Shown in pieces: positions 60,567 to 64,000 of a stretch of DNA of 64,000 bases. A program made the translations under genes and the position numbers. The stretch comes from Selenomonadaceae bacterium. Its GTDB lineage: Bacteria > Bacillota > Negativicutes > Selenomonadales > Selenomonadaceae. The DNA is taken from positions 515 through 64,514 of the forward strand of contig JAGABT010000001.1 in the NCBI GenBank assembly GCA_017614505.1, read 5' to 3'. Each line of letters starts with the position of its first letter. Position 1 is the stretch's first letter. The notes beneath the pieces are model-generated. The model had not been told where the DNA came from, did no database searches, and saw nothing but the letters and a program-made list of their open reading frames with translations.

Positions 60567-61016
60567 ATGCGCAGTTTTTTTATGGGACTCGGAATTTCGC
60601 TGATGTTGACGGGAATTTTGGGAATGTGGTACATTTGGCACCACGACCACCGCGAAGCCGCCACGCTTGAAGAATACGCAAAACTGGAACTGGCGGTTGC
60701 ACGCGACGAATTTGGCGGGCTGGAAGGCGCTAACCTGAGCCTGTGGGATTTGCGCTACGGCGAGGCGAAACTTCTGAACAAGGCGGTAATTTTCACCGAC
60801 AGCGTGCCGCTGGAACTGGAAGCCGCAACTAAGCAGACGCAGACCGGCTGGCAGTACGAAAACAAGCTGTTCGTGAGCCTGCCGAAATCCGCGCTGGAAA
60901 AAATTCTGGCGGCGAAGGAAGTGCGCATAAAATTTTTCTACGACAACGGGCAGGCGACAGATTTGCCGCTGGGACCGAAAGAGCTGGTCTTGTGGCAGCG
61001 TAAATTGCGCTGGTAG
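60567..61016 (+). CDS. Membrane-anchored hypothetical protein.
   Basis: SD GGGAGG precedes ATG 60567. One N-terminal TM helix (FFMGLGISLMLTGILGMWYIW). Confidence 0.55.
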   Translation: MRSFFMGLGISLMLTGILGMWYIWHHDHREAATLEEYAKLELAVARDEFGGLEGANLSLWDLRYGEAKLLNKAVIFTDSVPLELEAATKQTQTGWQYENKLFVSLPKSALEKILAAKEVRIKFFYDNGQATDLPLGPKELVLWQRKLRW

Positions 61017-61027
61017 GAGGAATCGAT

Positions 61028-61879
61028 TTGAAGCAACTGATTATTAACGCCGACGATTTTGGGCGGCACAGACTTATTAACGAGGCGGTCGAAAAGGCTT
61101 ATCGGCAGGGCTGTCTTACTTCGACGACGATTATGGCGGGCGGCAAGGCTTTTGACGACGCTGTTGACATCGCGCTGAGAAATCCGGAACTGGGCGTTGG
61201 AATACACTTCACGCTGGCGAATGGCTTTCCTGTCATGCCGGCGAAAAAAATTCCGTCGCTGGTTACGCGCGAAGGCTACTTCCACCCGAACTATTCCATT
61301 TTCGCGAAACTTTACATGCAGGGAAAAATAAACCGCGCGGAAGTTCAGGCGGAACTCGACGCGCAGCTGGAAAAAGTTATGTATTCTGGAATACGCCCGA
61401 CGCACTTCGACAGCCATCAGCACCTGCACCATTTTCCAGGAATTTTGGGCGTAGCGATAAAGCTGGCGAAAAAGGCGCGCATTAACGCCATGCGCGTTTC
61501 GAGCACGAAAGTTTTCAGCGGGAACATCGACGGGCTCGGCACATTTATCGGGCGGCTCGGTCTTAGCTCACTGGCGAAAATTGCGGCGAATACCGCGCGA
61601 AAAAGCGGTATGGCGACGCCGGAACATTTTATCGGCAACGTCTCCGGCGAATCTATCACGAAGGAATTTATGGTGGATCTCATCAACAATCTCGAAGAGG
61701 GTACGACCGAAGTTATGCTCCACCCAGGCGTTGACAACAAAATTCTGCAGTATTTCTGCGACTGGGATCACGATTTTGAAGGCGAGCTCGAAGCCGTGAC
61801 TTCGCCCAAAGTTGTGAAGCTTATCGAGGACAAGCGCGTTTACCTTGTGAACTTCAGCGACCTTAGAGCGCCCAAATGA
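61028..61879 (+). CDS. ChbG/YdjC-family carbohydrate deacetylase.
   Basis: LIINADDFG, the GIHF motif and the DSHQHLH motif. Confidence 0.75.
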   Translation: MKQLIINADDFGRHRLINEAVEKAYRQGCLTSTTIMAGGKAFDDAVDIALRNPELGVGIHFTLANGFPVMPAKKIPSLVTREGYFHPNYSIFAKLYMQGKINRAEVQAELDAQLEKVMYSGIRPTHFDSHQHLHHFPGILGVAIKLAKKARINAMRVSSTKVFSGNIDGLGTFIGRLGLSSLAKIAANTARKSGMATPEHFIGNVSGESITKEFMVDLINNLEEGTTEVMLHPGVDNKILQYFCDWDHDFEGELEAVTSPKVVKLIEDKRVYLVNFSDLRAPK

Positions 61880-62259
61880 GCCGCGAACGGTTTCTGGAAC
61901 TGGTGCGGTTCTGCATCGTCGGCGGCTTATCGCTGCTGGTTGACTGCGCAGTTCTTTTCGCCTTGACGGATTTAGCGGGCGTCCACTATTTGTACTCGGC
62001 GGCAGTTTCGTTCACGGCGTCGGTAATTTTCAACTACTGGCTTTGCGTGAAGTACGTGTTCAAAAACGCGCGGCGGCAAACTCCACGGCAGGCGACAATT
62101 TTTATTGGCTCAAGCGTCGTCGGGCTGGGACTGAATCAGCTGTGCATGTGGTTTTTCGTCGAAATAATTTCGTGGCACTACATGATAGCGAAACTCGGCG
62201 CAACCGTTATCGTGACGCTGTGGAATTACGTCATGAAGCGCAAGGCGATTAACGGCTAA
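61876..62259 (+). CDS. GtrA-family membrane protein.
   Basis: 127 aa with 4 TM helices and the FCIVGGLSLLVDCAVLF start, typical of GtrA. It overlaps the upstream gene by 4 nt. Confidence 0.72.
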   Translation: MSRERFLELVRFCIVGGLSLLVDCAVLFALTDLAGVHYLYSAAVSFTASVIFNYWLCVKYVFKNARRQTPRQATIFIGSSVVGLGLNQLCMWFFVEIISWHYMIAKLGATVIVTLWNYVMKRKAING

Positions 62260-63914
62260 AACTTTTTCAGAATTTCATCGAGCGGGAGCGGCGGCGTGAA
62301 AAATTCGCCCTGGAAATTTGTTACTGGGAAATTTTTCAGCTCATCGCGAATGTGCTGGCTGTCAACGCCTTCAATTAAAACTTTGGTATTCAGCGCGGCG
62401 GCGAGTTCCGAAAGGCAGCGGACAATCTGCCGGTTTTCGTGCTTGTCAAATTCGTGCGCGTATTTTTCGTCGAACTTGATGTAATCCGGCGAAAGTTCGC
62501 GCAGAAAATCAATCGACGCCAGACCGCTGCCAAAATCGTCAAGCGTAATTTTAATCCAGCGCGACCGCAGTACCGCCACGATATTTCGCAGGAAAGTTGA
62601 ATTCAGCAGGCGGCACCCGCGGCTCAGCTCGAAGCAAAGATTATCCAGCGGGAATTTCGTCTGGTCGGCAATTTTCTGCAGCTCGTCAATAAAAAATTCA
62701 TCTTCCAGCTGAACCTGCATGACGCTGACGCTGATTAGCAGGCGCGGATTTTTTTCCAGCAGCTTTTTGCCGTTGAGCATTGCCTGCCGCAAAATCCAGT
62801 AGCCAAGCTCCTCGAACACGAAATCCCGCTCCAGCGCCGGCAGATATTCTTCGGCTGGAACGTCGCCGTAATGCTCACTGTGCCAGTTCACAATCGCCTT
62901 GACGCCGACAATTCCCTCGGTGCGGGCGTCAACGATAGTCTGATAGTTCAGCGAAAAGCCCGCGCAGTCAAGCAGAATGCTGTTGCGAATTTCGTCGATA
63001 ACCTCAAGCGATTCGTGGTCGTTGTGCTCAAGGCTGCCGTCGAAGCTTACAATCCGACCGTTTTTATGAATGCGCGATTCGCGGCAGGTGTAAATGAGCG
63101 CCGCAAAAATCGTCCGCTCGTCGACACTCTTGCCCGTGATTGAAATCATTCCGCCGCTCGATACAATATTCTGCCGGATAGCGTCGACCTGCAAGCCGTT
63201 CAAGAGCGACTGGCGGATTTTTTCGTAATGCTCGGCAACCTGTTCGGGCGTGAGCTGTTCCGTGATAAATGCGAATTTAGCGCCGTCGAGCCGGTAAATC
63301 GTGCCGTACTGCCCAATATTTTCCTGCAGGAACCACGCAATTTGCTGAAGGACGCGGTTACCGTAGCTGTAGCCGTGAATTTCGTTGAGTTCGCTCATTC
63401 GGCTGACGCCAATCATAAGAAGCGTGCATTTTTTCTGCAGCTCCATTACGGCGGTCAAATCCTGGAAAAATCCGTACTGGTTGCGCAGAACCGTCACCGT
63501 GTCGGTATTTTCCATCAAGCCTTCGTTAATCGTAATTCCGCCGATAATTTCCGGCGTGCCTTTTTCGTCGCGCAGAATCGAGCCAATAAACCGCATAAGC
63601 GAATAACTGCCGTCCTTGAGCCGAACGCGGTAATGCAAATCGCAATAGCGCTGGGCGCCGGAAAACAGCTTAAACATAACCGTTTCGTAGCGCCCGAGAT
63701 CTTCGGGGTGAATTAACTCGCTCCATTTATCCTGACCGTGCGGCACATATTCGCCTGGCAGGTCGAACAGTTCAACGTAAGCCGGACTGTAGCGCGTCAT
63801 GTGACCAACGGCGTCATACAAAGAAACGTAGGCGCCTCTGCTCAGAATCGTGTAAGTATCAAACAAATCGTCCAAAATTTGCCGTCTGTAGGGCGGCTTT
63901 TCTGTATCCGACAT
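62256..63914 (-). CDS. PAS - degenerate GGDEF - degenerate EAL signalling protein.
   Basis: PAS-like IHPEDL...YRVRLKDGSY. The GGDEF position reads RLDGAKFAF. The EAL position reads GVKAIVNW (Glu replaced by Lys), while DDFGSG, KFD, EGVD and QGEFF are retained. Confidence 0.78.
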   Translation of the reverse strand: MSDTEKPPYRRQILDDLFDTYTILSRGAYVSLYDAVGHMTRYSPAYVELFDLPGEYVPHGQDKWSELIHPEDLGRYETVMFKLFSGAQRYCDLHYRVRLKDGSYSLMRFIGSILRDEKGTPEIIGGITINEGLMENTDTVTVLRNQYGFFQDLTAVMELQKKCTLLMIGVSRMSELNEIHGYSYGNRVLQQIAWFLQENIGQYGTIYRLDGAKFAFITEQLTPEQVAEHYEKIRQSLLNGLQVDAIRQNIVSSGGMISITGKSVDERTIFAALIYTCRESRIHKNGRIVSFDGSLEHNDHESLEVIDEIRNSILLDCAGFSLNYQTIVDARTEGIVGVKAIVNWHSEHYGDVPAEEYLPALERDFVFEELGYWILRQAMLNGKKLLEKNPRLLISVSVMQVQLEDEFFIDELQKIADQTKFPLDNLCFELSRGCRLLNSTFLRNIVAVLRSRWIKITLDDFGSGLASIDFLRELSPDYIKFDEKYAHEFDKHENRQIVRCLSELAAALNTKVLIEGVDSQHIRDELKNFPVTNFQGEFFTPPLPLDEILKKF

Positions 63915-64000
63915 ATTTCATCCCTCCTGACGGGCAAAATTGTTTGCGTCCAGAAATTCGGCGGAAAATCCGCTGGCGTTTCAGCCGCTGGCAAGATTTT

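Overview
This is a 64-kb bacterial chromosomal window that is densely coding and uses strong GGAGG-type ribosome-binding sites. I cannot assign a taxon from the sequence alone. All family calls come from motifs read by eye in the supplied translations. No HMM or BLAST search was possible.

Housekeeping content:
- nadE, rpe, thyX, galE, glycerate kinase, trpC
- fumarate hydratase plus the sdh/frd CAB operon
- cstA, hypB plus a hydrogenase maturation protease
- mfd, ptsH-ptsI
- an unusual hisC-hisB-ileS-dnaN-recF-DUF721 operon
- ChbG-like and GtrA-like genes, and a degenerate PAS-GGDEF-EAL protein

Accessory content:
1. 1-3425 (-): the 5' part of a very large extracellular repeat protein with an HExxH motif and RTX-like repeats. 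The ORF track misses it because it runs off the window edge.
2. 12.6-33.0 kb (+): one unbroken co-directional block. It holds four orphan pseudopilin-like genes, then a GrpE-like protein and a lidless Hsp70. Next come a 1080-aa protein (J-like N-terminus without HPD, double zinc ribbon, FN3-like repeats) and a 468-aa unknown protein. These are followed by a complete type 4 BREX core (brxP, brxC/pglY, pglZ, brxL), a 68-aa zinc-ribbon protein and a NifS/DndA-like cysteine desulfurase. A single strong terminator closes the block. The Hsp70 module and the desulfurase attached to BREX type 4 are my best candidate for an undescribed system variant.
3. 41.1-45.7 kb (-): a radical-SAM/SPASM RiPP cluster. 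Its unannotated Cys-rich precursor is split by a +1 frame change at a C4 run and is bracketed by an 18-bp long-range RNA duplex. The cluster also has an ABC exporter and three paralogous secreted proteins.
4. At least five intergenic loci carry a mosaic hairpin repeat family with conserved loops and compensatory stem changes. One locus is a 3 x 27-bp tandem array in the ptsI leader.

I recognised no rRNA, tRNA, CRISPR array, transposase or integrase.
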